Below are positions 12,605-24,015 of a stretch of DNA of 44,392 nucleotides, in pieces (the stretch's first letter is position 1; the number at the start of each line of letters is the position of its first letter). The stretch covers positions 44,142,805 to 44,187,196 of the forward strand of contig NC_068983.1 of NCBI RefSeq assembly GCF_001194135.2, given 5' to 3'. This DNA comes from Octopus bimaculoides (lineage: Eukaryota). Position numbers and translations under genes: made by a program. Below the pieces are notes generated by a model. That model was not told where the DNA came from. It did no database searches and saw only the letters and a program-made list of their open reading frames with translations.

Positions 12605-12769
12605 CACACACGACAGGCTTCTTTCAGTTTCCATTTCCCAAATTCACTCACAAGCTCAGTCAGCATTGGGCTATGGTAGAAGATACTTGCTCAAGTTGCC
12701 ACACAGTGGGACTGAACCCAAAACCATGTTGTTGGGAAGCAAACTTCTTAACCACACAGCTATACCTGC
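12605..12769 (-). mobile_element. SINE family S1, 5' half
   Basis: Reverse complement of the S1 head, adjacent to a (TG)n(TA)n tract. Confidence 0.75.
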
Positions 12770-13272
12770 ATCTTGTACCTTGTATAATGTAGTCGTAGAT
12801 ACACAATACCCAGAAAATGGGTATGGTGGGAAACCACTGATGGACTGTTTTATCTGTGCTGTTCTGGATTTAAGCCACAACCTGGTATACAAGACACAAG
12901 ACCTTTCACAATGCTGCTAAACCAGAGCATTTTAGCAGAGAAATCTTAGTCCAAACTCTCAGATGAACTTCAAAATGTCTGACATGTTTTAGGACATAAA
13001 TTTTTGGACACCGTGTCTAAATGACATAATTGTGTGGTTAACAGCTCAATCCAACAGAAGCATCTTGGGTAAGTGTCTTCTGCCATAAAAGTAGGAATGG
13101 CTGAAAAAAACTACTGAGTAAGCTAGGTGTGCAGCTATCATCACCACCACCTTCATTTTACATCTGCTTTCTATGTTAGCATGAGTTAGATGTGTAGTAT
13201 CACAGTCCAAAATAGAGCATATTGAAAGTTGCTGTCCTTCCAGAGAAGTCAGAGGACCAGGTCTTGCATGTA

Positions 13273-13602
13273 TTCTTTTACTTCTTTCAGTCATTTGACA
13301 GCAGCCATGCTGGAGCATCGACTCCAGGACTTATTCTTTGTAAGCCTAGTACTTATTCAATCGGTCTCTGTTGCCGAAAAGTTAAGGGGACAAACACAGA
13401 CACACAAATACATTCATACATATATACATAAATATATATATACAAAACAAGCTTCTTTCAGTTTCCGTCTACCAAATCCACTCACAAGGCTTCAGTCAGC
13501 CCGAGACTCTAGTAGAAGACACTTGCCCAAGGTGCCACGTAGTAGAACTGAACCCTGAATCGTGATTGGAAAGCAAGCTTCTTACCAGACAGTCATTCCT
13601 GC
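13273..13602 (-). mobile_element. SINE family S1, near full length with internal deletions
   Basis: Both tail (TCTTTTACTTCTTTCAGTCATTTGAC) and head recognisable in reverse. Confidence 0.8.
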
Positions 13603-14004
13603 ACCTGATTCAATTTTTGGCTTAGTTTCTACAGCTGGAGGCTCCTCCAGTCACCAACCACTTTACAGAGTATACGAAGTGAATGAATTTATCATGGCAC
13701 CAGCACAAGAGAGGTTGTCTTGTCCAAGCAAGACTAAAGAGTATTCTTTAGACTATATTGTTTCAGTTTGTTTGCTTGCTAGCATCAGCAAGTTCTCTCC
13801 TCTCCAACCAGACTAGCGTCTACTCTGTCCCGTGCTACCTCCATAATCTTTTCTTTTCCACAGAAGTAGGAAGAGAGTGAGAGAGGGGATAATGGAAGAA
13901 ATAGGGATATGGGAAGGGGTATTTGGAGAGGGAGTGACAGCAATGAAGAAGGGAGGTAGTAAGAGGGGTGTTGAATATGGATGGCTGTAATGCTATCAAT
14001 CTCT

Positions 14005-14670
14005 TGCTACACAAGCAGGAGAGAGAGAGAGAAGAGAGAAGGAAGAGAGAGAGAGAAAGAGGGAGAAAGAGAGAGAAAGAAAGAGAGAGAGAGAGAGAGA
14101 AAGAAAGAGAGAAAGAGAGAGCAACAGTAGGGCAGTACATTGATAGGAGAGGAGATAAAACATTAATGAAAAGAGGCAGAGAGCAGTAAATGGTTGGTCC
14201 ACGTCACTCCATGAGGAACATATGGCCAGTTTCCAGGTTGCTCTGGTCTATATATATTTCTCCTTGGACGGGGCATGGCAGGATTCCTCATTTTCCCCAT
14301 CTGAGTGGACTGGAGCAATGGGAAATTAAGTGCTCTGCTCAACAACACAATGCATCCCCAAGTCAAGGAATTGAAACCACAATCTTACAAAAGAAAGAGA
14401 GAGAGAGGGAGAGAAAGAGAAAAAGGGAGAGAGAAGTTGAGGGAGAGAGAGAGAGAGAGAGAGAGATTGAGGGAGAGAGAGAGAGAGAGAGATTGAGGGA
14501 GAGAGAGAGAGGAAGAGGGAGAGAGGTTGAGGGAGAGAGAAGAAGAGGGAGAGAGAGGAAGAGGGAGAGAGAGGAAGAGGGAGACAGTTATATGAGGATT
14601 CTTGGTAGGGAGATTGAATTAAAAAAATAGCATGAGTGGTGAGATGGGAGGTGGGGGGGGGGGGGGGGAG
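14005..14670. repeat. GA-rich low-complexity tracts and a G16 run, interrupted by an S4 SINE (about 14205-14390, minus)
   Basis: Direct reading; G run at 14653-14668. Confidence 0.85.
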
Positions 14671-14798
14671 AAAGGAAAGAGACCTGTAGAAAACTGGAAT
14701 TGAACCCTCTAAACAAAGCCAGTCCAGCCAACAGAGATGATGATGAGGAGGAGGATGCTCTGATGAAAAAAGATTATTAAACAGGATGCTTAGCTTAC

Positions 14799-14960
14799 CT
14801 TGATGCAGAAACCATAGTTACGTGGGGCATTTGCCTCCACAACACTGTAGCAAGTCGACAAGTCTATTTTACCATCAACGAAACCCTTTTCTTCAGCTTT
14901 TGCATCTTTGAAATAGCGTAAAGAATTGGCATCTAAAACAAACCAGTGTTTCTTCCAGTC
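14799..14960 (-). CDS. MPRIP: PH-domain core exon (162 nt; DWKKHWFVLDANSLRYFKDAKAEEKGFVDGKIDLSTCYSVVEANAPRNYGFCIK)
   Basis: Acceptor TCTCTGCAG|GAC and donor AAG|GTAAGC. Close match to MPRIP/TRIOBP WKKHWFVL...SLRYYRD...EE...DGEIDL..CYDV.E....RNYGFQI. The single invertebrate co-orthologue is usually called outspread (osp). Confidence 0.95.
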
Positions 14961-15392
14961 CTGCAGAGAACAGTCCAAGAAGAAGGAGAGAAAGAAAGAA
15001 AAATAAAAAGAGAGAGAATAAAGATTTTGAATGCGAGAAATCATTAAAAAGAAACAAAAAAAAAAAGGAAACAAAAAACACCAGGAAAATAACAATAGTA
15101 ATAATGAAAAATTAAATTTCCCAAATAATAATAATAATAATCATGCAGCCATCACCATCTTGAGACAACAACCAACAAGAACAACAACTAGAAGAGCGAA
15201 AGAAACAATTGTGTAGCCAAAAGAGAGATGATTGTACAAACCTTCGTTGTAACACTGATCACCTTAATGTCGTTAATTAAGAGATGTAATCAGATTAGGA
15301 AATTAAGGAAGGTAAGATGAAGAAATACCTCGACTAGAAGATGGTTTTACAACAAAACCATTTTACCGATTGCAATTAAAATATAAATACAA

Positions 15393-15755
15393 GTGCAGGC
15401 ATGACTGTGTGGTAAGAAGCTTGCTTCCCAACCACATGGTTCCAGGTTCAGTCCCACTGCATGGCACCATGGGCAAGAGTCTTCTACTATAGCCTCAGGC
15501 TGACCAATGCCTTGTGAGTGGATATGGTAGACAGAAACTGAAAGAAACCTGTGTGTGTGTGTCTCCACCATCGCTTGACAACTGTATTGGCATGTTTATG
15601 TCTCTGTAACTTAGCGGTTCGGCAAAAGAAACCAGTAGAATAAGCACTAGACTTGAGTACTAGAATAAGCACTGGGGTTGATTCATTTGACTAAAATTCA
15701 AGACAAGGCTCCAGCATGGCCACAGTCCACTGGCCGAAACAAGTAACAGATAGAA
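15393..15755 (+). mobile_element. SINE family S1, near full length
   Basis: Collinear with 42271-42710, with a short internal (TG)n. Confidence 0.8.
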
Positions 15756-15779
15756 GGGTAATTTAGATTGAAATTTTCT

Positions 15780-15994
15780 TTTCAACTCTAGGCACAATTG
15801 CCTGAAAGTTCTGGGGAGGGGGGGGCAGTAGATTAGATCGACCCCATTACACAACTGGTACTTAATTTATCAACCCTGAAAGGATGAAAAGGCAAAATCA
15901 ACCTCGGCGGAATTTGAACTCAGAATGTAAAGACAGATGAAATACTGCTAAGTATTTCGCCCGGCGTGCTAATGTTTCTGCCAGCTCGCTGCTT
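15780..15994 (-). mobile_element. Nin/Deu-domain SINE, relatively well preserved
   Basis: ACTGGTACTTAATTTATCAACCCTGAAAGGATGAAAAGGC...TTCTGCCAGCTCGCTGC. Confidence 0.75.
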
Positions 15995-16120
15995 TCTAGA
16001 TTGAAAATATTAAAATGAAACTAAAAGAGGAAAAGTAAAAATGGTTTTATACAAGAACCACCAAAATATAATTTGAATAAAGATTTGTTATGTAATTGTA
16101 GGTGCAGGTGAGACTGTGTA

Positions 16121-16266
16121 GGCAGCAGTATGGCCATGTAGCTGAGAAGTTTGCTCTCCAACCACATGGTTTCAAGTTCAATCCCATTGCCTGTATCTTC
16201 AACTATAGCACTGGGATGACCATAGTCTTGTGAGTTGATTTGGGAAAGGAAAGTTGAGAGATGACC

Positions 16267-16305
<39 letters not shown>

Positions 16306-16537
16306 ATGCGAGTGAGTGAGTGCCTCCTTGTCTTGACATTGCATGATAGCTGTAAACAAGCATCACTGTCATACAAGCAGTGTCATTCAGTTCCTATTTC
16401 TGCATAAACATGTCTGGCCATGGCAAATATTACTTTGCTTGGAAACAGATGAAGGTTGGTAACAGGAAGGACATCCAGCTGTAGAAATTTTCTTCAATAA
16501 ACTCCATCCATGCAAGTACAGAAAGGCGGATGTTAAA
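16121..16537 (+). mobile_element. SINE with an S1 head but an RTE-type tail
   Basis: S1 5' half up to (TG)n, then a different body ending GGACATCCAGCTGTAGAAA...GGATGTTAAAA. Confidence 0.6.
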
Positions 16538-16617
16538 AAAAATTGAACCAAACTATTTTTGATATCAAAGAAAGGCATTTGAAGACCAAGAAATTATGTA
16601 AAATATGTAAGAGCGTG

Positions 16618-16664
<47 letters not shown>

Positions 16665-16726
16665 ATTGTTTAAATGACAAATTATTTTAGAGCCTATCTG
16701 GTTAATTTTAGTTAATACATTTATTT

Positions 16727-16872
16727 CAAAATTCATTTGTATCCAAGACCTATATAAACTCATATTCTAAAATGTTTGGAGTGCAACACACAAANNNNNN
16801 NNNNCAAAATTCATTTGTATCCAAGACCTATATAAACTCATATTCTAAAATGTTTGGAGTGCAACACACAAA
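16727..16872. other. 68-bp exact duplication flanking a 10-N gap (assembly overlap artefact)
   Basis: 16727-16794 is identical to 16805-16872, with N at 16795-16804. Confidence 0.9.
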
Positions 16873-17908
16873 AGTTTACCAGAAAAGGATATGAAACCAA
16901 AAGACAAGAACATAAAAAAAAATTTTTCACAGAAGGAAACAACAACCCTATTTCTTGCCCTTTTCCTTCTCCATGAGCTATTCCAAAAATTACCAATCAA
17001 AGATCACACCTGTAGCACAAGACAGGTGTAATAGAAAAAATAAATTATCCTTAATTCTGCTGCTTCTATTGTTTTGTATTTGGTAAACTTCCTATTACTG
17101 AAGGAACTCACATTACCTTATCTATAACTAACAAGGAAACCAGAAAGTCAATATGAGAAGCTATCTGACATACAACAAGCTATTATAGTTTTTTTTTCAG
17201 GTGAGATTTGTGTCTGTCTCTCACCTGGTTAAGTCTGGAAACAAAAAAGAAGACATTGATAACAAAACTTTCAAAAGAATTCTCAAGAAATCTCGTGAGA
17301 TAAAGACCATTTTACTACAAAGATCCTATTTCTTTTAACTTTGAAATCCAACATAAAGTAAAAACTGGCAATGCCAAGGATATTCCACCATTTTTAGAAA
17401 TTTGAAAGAATTTGTAATATCCACTGCCAGACAATATTGCATGTGGATGTGCTTTGTGGCAATTTAACAAATAAATTGTTTAAAATAACAGATACATGAC
17501 AAAGATGATTAGTGGAGGCCTTAGTATATGGTGCAAAGTGAGATGTGAGAGGTTTAAGTAGGTTCGGTGTGTCAGCGGACAATTCCAAAACACAAGCTGG
17601 GTTTGTCACAAGCTAACAAGTCAAATGCTGGTTAAGTAAGTAGAGTGGAAGGCACAGGTCCAAAACAGTGAGAAACATACAAAGAATTTAACAATTCCAA
17701 CAGATAAGTTTGGTAGATCGTTTGATTAAAATTCTTGCTTTGGAAACTCTTGATTTCAGCTGTGGAATTTCATTGGTTAAGAAACTACATACAATCAAAA
17801 TAACCTGATCTGAAGAGTAACTGAGGTAATTATCATGATACTAAAGATTGAATACGTTTCGGTCCTATCACATAGAGAGTGGCAGTGAGGTTAGGGTCTT
17901 AGATTTAC

Positions 17909-18117
17909 CATCATTGTTTAATGTGCTTTCCTTACTGGCATGGCTCAGATAGTTTGACAGGAACTGATGAGCTAGGGGACTGTGCTGAGTTCCGATGTCT
18001 GTTTTGGTATGGTTTCTACAACTGGATGCCTTTCTTAAAGCCAGCCACCTTACAGAGTGTACTGGGTGCTTTTTTTCTGTAGCACCTATACTAGTGCAGT
18101 CATCAAGTAACCTGCAC
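17909..18117 (-). mobile_element. RTE-type tail fragment
   Basis: Reverse complement of the shared tail module. Confidence 0.6.
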
Positions 18118-18701
18118 AATTAAGATCCTCATCAAATGAGTGGGACTACAGTAGAGAGGGGAGTGGCTTTATGTCAGGTGATGATCAAAGGAATCCCACC
18201 CGTTCCGTATATAGAAATTTACACTGAATACTTCCTCTCTAAAGGTGGCAGATATACTTTGAGGGATATTTAGCTGCCATATCTACCAGGTCAAGTGTAT
18301 ACACAGAAGTAGCCTAATTAGCAGGTTAAATATTAATTATGTATAGTTAAACTAATTAACGAAAGCATTATTGCCAATGGTCCTGTGATATTACAAAATA
18401 ACTAAAATCTACTCGAGTCTAATTTCATTACCAAACCATTACTGACTTAATTAGTAAAGAGTCATTTTTTGTTACATCATTTGCATAAAATCAAATAAAT
18501 CAGTGACAACGTATCATCTTTGGAAGTTAATTTTCGTGCCAAGAATGGTAACGATTCATTTTTCAAAAATTCCAACTAAGACCATAAAGTAATTATCCCC
18601 TTTTGACACCAACCTATCTGAGACCACCCCCTCATTCTACGATACAAACTTCCTGTTTAATGTGTGATTGAAATTAAAACTTTCCATCAAAATTTCATGT
18701 T

Positions 18702-18756
18702 TGTCTATAGGATTCCTGGCTCTCATGCAGCCCAGGTTCAATTCCTGGCATGGGAG
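18702..18756 (+). pseudogene. tRNA-Glu(CTC)-like fragment heading the nested insertion
   Basis: AGGATTCCTGG-CT-CTC-AT...CCAGG-TTCAATT-CCTGG-CATGGGA resembles eukaryotic tRNA-Glu (AGGATTCCTGG-TTTTCAC...GGTTCGACTCCCGG..TGGGA). The T-stem pairs fully; the D-arm is truncated. Confidence 0.55.
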
Positions 18757-19092
18757 TGCTATTTGGTCCACCTGACTGGCTCCTGTGCCATGACAATAAA
18801 AAGCACCATCCGAATGTGGCTGATGCCAGTACACCTGACAGGCCCCCATGCCTGTGGCATGTAAAAAGCACTATTTGAACGTGATCGATGCCAGGCCCAC
18901 CCGACTGGCTCCTGTGTCGGTGGCACATAAAAAGCACCCACTGCACTCTCGGAGTGGTTGGTGTTAGGAAGAGTATCCAGCTGTAGAAACATTGCCAGAT
19001 ATGATTGGAACCTGGTGCAGCGGCTGGCTTTCCAGACCTCAGTCAAACCGTCCAACCCATGCTAGCATGGAAAACGGATGTTAAATGATGTT
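18757..19092 (+). mobile_element. RTE 3'UTR repeat units plus tail, fused behind the tRNA-Glu-like head
   Basis: TAAAAAGCAC motifs at 18797, 18862 and 18928 (65-66 bp period), then the shared tail. Confidence 0.75.
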
Positions 19093-20699
19093 TATGTTCC
19101 AGATACCAGCTTAAAAATGACAAAGTTATTTCATTAAGTTCTTTATTATTTTTAACAAATTGAAACAAATACAGTGTATTTAAACAAAAACATAGTAACT
19201 AAGTGGTTAATATATCTTAAAAACATAATTACATTTAGATCTAACTTCCTTTGCAAACTAAACTGCACAAAGTTTTCAACACAGGTCTCAAGTAACTAAT
19301 ATGGTAAACAAATCTAACAATTCTTTAAAACTGGTAAAAATATAAACCACCTCAGCACACTTGCCTTTAGGAGAAACTAACTTTATTCAGACAGGTTACT
19401 TTAAGAATTAAGCCTTAATTTATTTTTCATATAAAACCAACAGGATTTGAAATGAATCTTTCTGTAATTGTCATTGATTACGCTGGAACCAATTACAATG
19501 TTTCTCTTGTGCTGTACCAACCAAATTATGTACTTTTTTTTTACATGCAGCATGCCAACAATCTGCCATAATTGCTTATTTTAACCATCTCACATCTTGT
19601 ATTATTATCATTGTGGGGTTCTTACCATTGATAGTCAGGGTGGTCCTGGGTTTGCAGGGTTCCTTGGCTGGCCCTAGTTGGAGGCTCTCCAGTAACATCT
19701 ATTTATATATTGTGTATACTGTTGATACTTTTAGTCTCATTTCTTCCCACCAAATTTTTTTACCCTTCATGCAACCCCACCTCAACTGTACCCTGTTTTT
19801 GTAATGTCTCCCTCGTTGATGCCCCTGTGACACATAAAATCATTATTATTATAACCCTCTCACATCCCATATAATTACCATTATTTTATATTTTGGAATT
19901 GGTGAACAATAGCATTACTAGTTACAGGTTTTCAATGAACTAATCAGTGATAAGGGAGTGTTTCTAAGTTAGTGCAGAACAAATATCACAAGGAGTTTCA
20001 TTTGGAAAGCATCAGTTTGATGTGATCCTTAAATAGGTCCTTGAGTATAAAAATATTTCCAAACTGAAAAATTTTTTAATTTAGAGATAAGTAAAAAGAT
20101 GAAACAGCTCCATTGAAGAAACTTATGAGAATAACCCAAATGTAACAAACATTATCTTAAAAATATCAACACACAAAGAGTCCATCCTATGTCAGCATCT
20201 TTGTGAAAAACCCATCACACATACACCCTAAACTGGGTGCTACAATAAGAGTGCATCTCTCTACATCCCAGCACTCTCTCTCTCTCTCTCTTTGTTGTCC
20301 TAACATCATTTCTCCCAGCTAAAGACTATCCCACACATTTTCCTCTCAGTTTAGGTTTTAGGGTTATTATAATCGAGGTATGGATTCACATTTCCTAAAG
20401 AAACATTTTCTGAGGAATTGGCCAATATATATTTTCTATGGGTAAATTATTTTCAATAATCTTCGCCATAATTTTCTATATCATGGTCATTTTTAGATTA
20501 GCTTTTTCTATTTTGACAAGGGTTACATGAGATTTATCAAGGTAACTTTTCTAGGACCAACTCTTTCTTGTTTCCATGTAAGGTGCTATTTCCTTAGATC
20601 CTTTGAATGACAAACCATTCAGCAGCCATACATGAATCTGTATCACATTTTGAAAGCAGAGAGAGAATGGGCAATTGGAGCTTCAAAGAGATTAAAAAG

Positions 20700-21083
20700 T
20701 GGACATCTCAACTCTATCACAGAAGTATCTACTGTTCAATCTCTCCCTCTCTTTGAAATGTGAGCAGCTATACAGCTCCTCTACAATAATCTGTTACTCT
20801 TCATTTTTTGCATACTTTAACCTATAATCTCTTACTATCGAGCCCGTCCCCATCTCTTGGGGTTCATAGTCTTGCAAGCTGAGGATGTCTTAATTGGTGC
20901 TGGTGGCACAAAAAATGTACCTAGTAGATGCTATAAAGTGGCTGACATTAAGATGGGCATCCAGCCATAGAAACCATGCCAAAGCTGATGGTGGAGAACA
21001 ATGTAACCCTTGGCCCTGTCGGAGCTTGTCAAACCATCCAACCTATGTCAGCATGAAACAGGGATGTTAAATTTTGATGATGC
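20700..21083 (+). mobile_element. LINE-like remnant plus RTE-type tail
   Basis: GTCTTGCAAG junction at 20869 and tail ending GATGTTAAATTTTGATGATG. Confidence 0.55.
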
Positions 21084-21987
21084 AACAATATGAAGAGAAT
21101 GGAATCACACACACACAAACACACACACATGCACATTTACAGTTTTCTATTAATTCTACTCACATGGCATTGGTCAGCCTGAAGTTACAAAACTGATGTA
21201 GAAAAACATTTGCCTAAGATGCTTGGCAGTAGGAACAAGCTTAAAACCATTTAGTTGTGAAATTAACACCTTAACATTTGGTCATGCCTGCCTCGTTTTT
21301 AATTTTAGTATTTTTCATCCTGTTATTAATTCTGAATATATTTTATCTGAATTTCTTTGAGGTGAAGAAGCAGAAGTTTGGAAGAAAGGAAAAGAGATTC
21401 CATAATGAGATAATAAAAACAATGAACTAATAAATAGCAGGGAAGAGGAGAGGATGTATTCAATAGAGTGAAAATGACCAAAAAACTGTGTTTGCAAAGT
21501 GAAGAGGACTGTGCGATTGTGGCATGAAGATGGGGAGAGTAACAGGGAGGGGAGGAGAAGAAAATCGAGAGGATTTTAGATATTTTGGATCTATTGTTGA
21601 TAACATGGAAAGATTGTCTTTCCATTTTCAGTAGAACAGTTGTCCCAAGCAAAGTTCCACATTCCAGTTGATTTACAGATTTCTTGAGTAACAGGCATTG
21701 GTGAAAAACGAAACAGATTTTTCAAGGAAGAAAAACTTAAATTTAAGTATGTGTATTATTCAGACCATAATTAACTAAAGCTTGAAGCCATTACAAACTA
21801 GAATATCTTATCAATTGAATAAATTCTATCAAATGTATTGAGTCTTTTGTGTTCTCAGTGGTACATTCACTCACACAATTACACTCGTATATCTATGCAT
21901 TCATTCAAACACACACACACACTATCTAATGAAAACATTTGAGATAACAATGACTGTGACAAATCAGAGAGAAAGAACATTACTTGT

Positions 21988-22400
21988 CATCATTTAACAT
22001 CCATGTTCCATACTGGCATTATTATTATTGTTATTATTATTATCATCATTATTATTATTATTATGGCCGGGTTCCAACCAGGGCCATGGATGGACAGATC
22101 AACAGGATCCAATTGGTCTGAAAGCTATGTTGTGCTTCAGTGTCTGCTTTGGCATGGTTTCTATAGATGAATGTCTTTCCTAACATCACACACTTTACAG
22201 TATGGACTTTGTGCTTCTTTTTACACATTAACCAGCACTAGTGAGGTTGCCATGTAACTTGCAAGACTGAACCTTGAAGGGGCAGTCTTATGCTAGGAGA
22301 TGAAGGGTTAAATTATGAGAGAAGGGGCCAGAAGAAAAAGTTTCTTGTTATAGAAGAGCTATTCTTATTTGTAAAGGCTGGGTGAGAGTGATCAGGTCAG
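21988..22400 (-). mobile_element. LINE-like remnant plus RTE-type tail, containing an (ATT)n expansion
   Basis: Reverse complement of the same body-tail junction (CTTGCAAGAC). Confidence 0.55.
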
Positions 22401-23026
22401 GTGGACAGTGAAGTGAATGGAAGTTTCAAGAATATTCTTCTTCATTTGTTCTTTTAAATTAACAAAGATCTAAAATTTAAACAACAATTACCACATTAAA
22501 CTTAATTAAAATTATGCTATATATTCCAGAACAAATCCAGATAAATTAGATTAAAAAATTATCAGATGTGAAAATATTAAAAATACAATATTCAGCAGAA
22601 TATTCAGGTGAAATGATTGAAATTAATTTTACCAAAAGAAGAGAAAATATTGGCTTTAATGAACAGAAAAAAGATTTGCAGAAATTGTAACCATAACAAC
22701 CAAAAACTAAAGAACAGCTTTAAAGCAAACTGTAGACAACAGAGTTTTATACCCTAATTGTGTTTGTATGTGTGTGCATGTGCGTAACTCTGAATTCAGT
22801 ACAGAAAGCAAATATATGTTGTTTGAGTAGAGGAGTTGACATCTCTTATTTGTAATAGCTTTTCTCTATTTATTCAATTGAAGAAAGAAATAGTTTTGAC
22901 CCTCTCGGGATAATTACAGTAGAAGAAATGCCTGCAGGTAGTGAACATTTTTTAGACAGTAAGGTGTCGCCAGAAAATCTCATCTTTGACAATACTAAGG
23001 TGCTAATAATTAATAATAATAATAAT

Positions 23027-23595
23027 TCTAAATTTGACGCTAGGTCAGTAATTGAGCGGGAGGCAGCAAGTTGATTACATCAGTCCCAGTAATTGACTGG
23101 TACTTTATTTCATCGNNNNNNNNNNNNNNNNNNNNNNNNNNNNNNNNNNNNNNNNNNNNNNNNNNNNNNNNNNNNNNNNNNNNNNNNNNNNNNNNNNNNN
23201 NNNNNNNNNNNNNNNNNNNNNNNNNNNNNNNNNNNNNNNNNNNNNNNNNNNNNNNNNNNNNNNNNNNNNNNNNNNNNNNNNNNNNNNNNNNNNNNNNNNN
23301 NNNNNNNNNNNNNNNNNNNNNNNNNNNNNNNNNNNNNNNNNNNNNNNNNNNNNNNNNNNNNNNNNNNNNNNNNNNNNNNNNNNNNNNNNNNNNNNNNNNN
23401 NNNNNNNNNNNNNNNNNNNNNNNNNNNNNNNNNNNNNNNNNNNNNNNNNNNNNNNNNNNNNNNNNNNNNNNNNNNNNNNNNNNNNNNNNNNNNNNNNNNN
23501 NNNNNNNNNNNNNNNNNNNNNNNNNNNNAAAGGGCAGAAAATGCGCCGCTAAGCATTTTATCTGATGCTCTAATGGTTCTACCAGCTTGCTACCT
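23027..23595 (-). mobile_element. Nin/Deu SINE sequence on both sides of an assembly gap (N 23116-23528)
   Basis: Tail part before the gap and head part after it, flanked by (AAT)n. Confidence 0.6.
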
Positions 23596-23596
23596 T

Positions 23597-23641
<45 letters not shown>

Positions 23642-23832
23642 CCTCTCTACAATGGGCATAATTTTGGAGGTGCTAAGTCAATTACATTAACCCCAGTACA
23701 CAACTGGTACTTCTTTTATGGATTTATATATAAATATATATTATTTTAATATATTTATATATAAATATATATATATATTTTAATATATTTATATATAAAT
23801 ATATAGATTATTTTAATATATATATATACACA

Positions 23833-24015
23833 CAGTAATCCCTTGACTATTGCAGGTGTTACATTCCATGAAAATCTGTGAAGTAGAAACAGTACTGTAC
23901 TGTATATTTTTTAAAATCATTTTTATAATTTGTATATTTTATTATAAATGCAAAACACTACAGAGGAATCGATGTAAACTTAAATAATAAACCACAATAT
24001 GGTGAGGGATTACTG
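23833..24015. mobile_element. pogo/Tigger-like MITE (183 bp)
   Basis: Terminal inverted repeats CAGTAATCCCT...AGGGATTACTG (11 bp perfect, weaker beyond) around an AT-rich interior. The TA duplication is not intact. Confidence 0.7.

Larger units (their letters stand above)
18597..19206 (+). mobile_element. TTAA-type MITE split by a retroelement insertion at about 18702-19092
   Basis: TTAT|CCCCTTTTGACACC left end and GTGG|TTAA right end. The two halves join as in the copy at 5324-5538. Confidence 0.6.

Noticed and set aside
14653-14668. G16 run (G-quadruplex potential) 130 nt past the PH exon donor
   Set aside because: It is a C run on the transcript strand, embedded in general low-complexity sequence, and homopolymer length is unreliable in assemblies.
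16727-16872. 68-bp perfect direct repeat
   Set aside because: It flanks a 10-N gap exactly, which is typical of an unmerged contig overlap rather than biology.
17117-17121. Second tiny AG|ATAAG|GTAATG microexon candidate; 10+5 nt would restore frame
   Set aside because: The combined sequence still begins ACT TAA in phase 0, and the acceptor is weaker with a competing AG nearby.
19626-19695. GC-rich block ending ATG|GTAAG on the gene strand (alternative first exon?)
   Set aside because: No acceptor or promoter evidence. It would start the protein mid-PH domain, and the block looks like a decayed transposon end (no TSD found).
21326-21700. Purine-skewed block with protein-looking short frames (EDFRYFGSIV; MPVTQEICKSTGMW)
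   Set aside because: The frames close quickly, have no splice sites and show no extended RT similarity.
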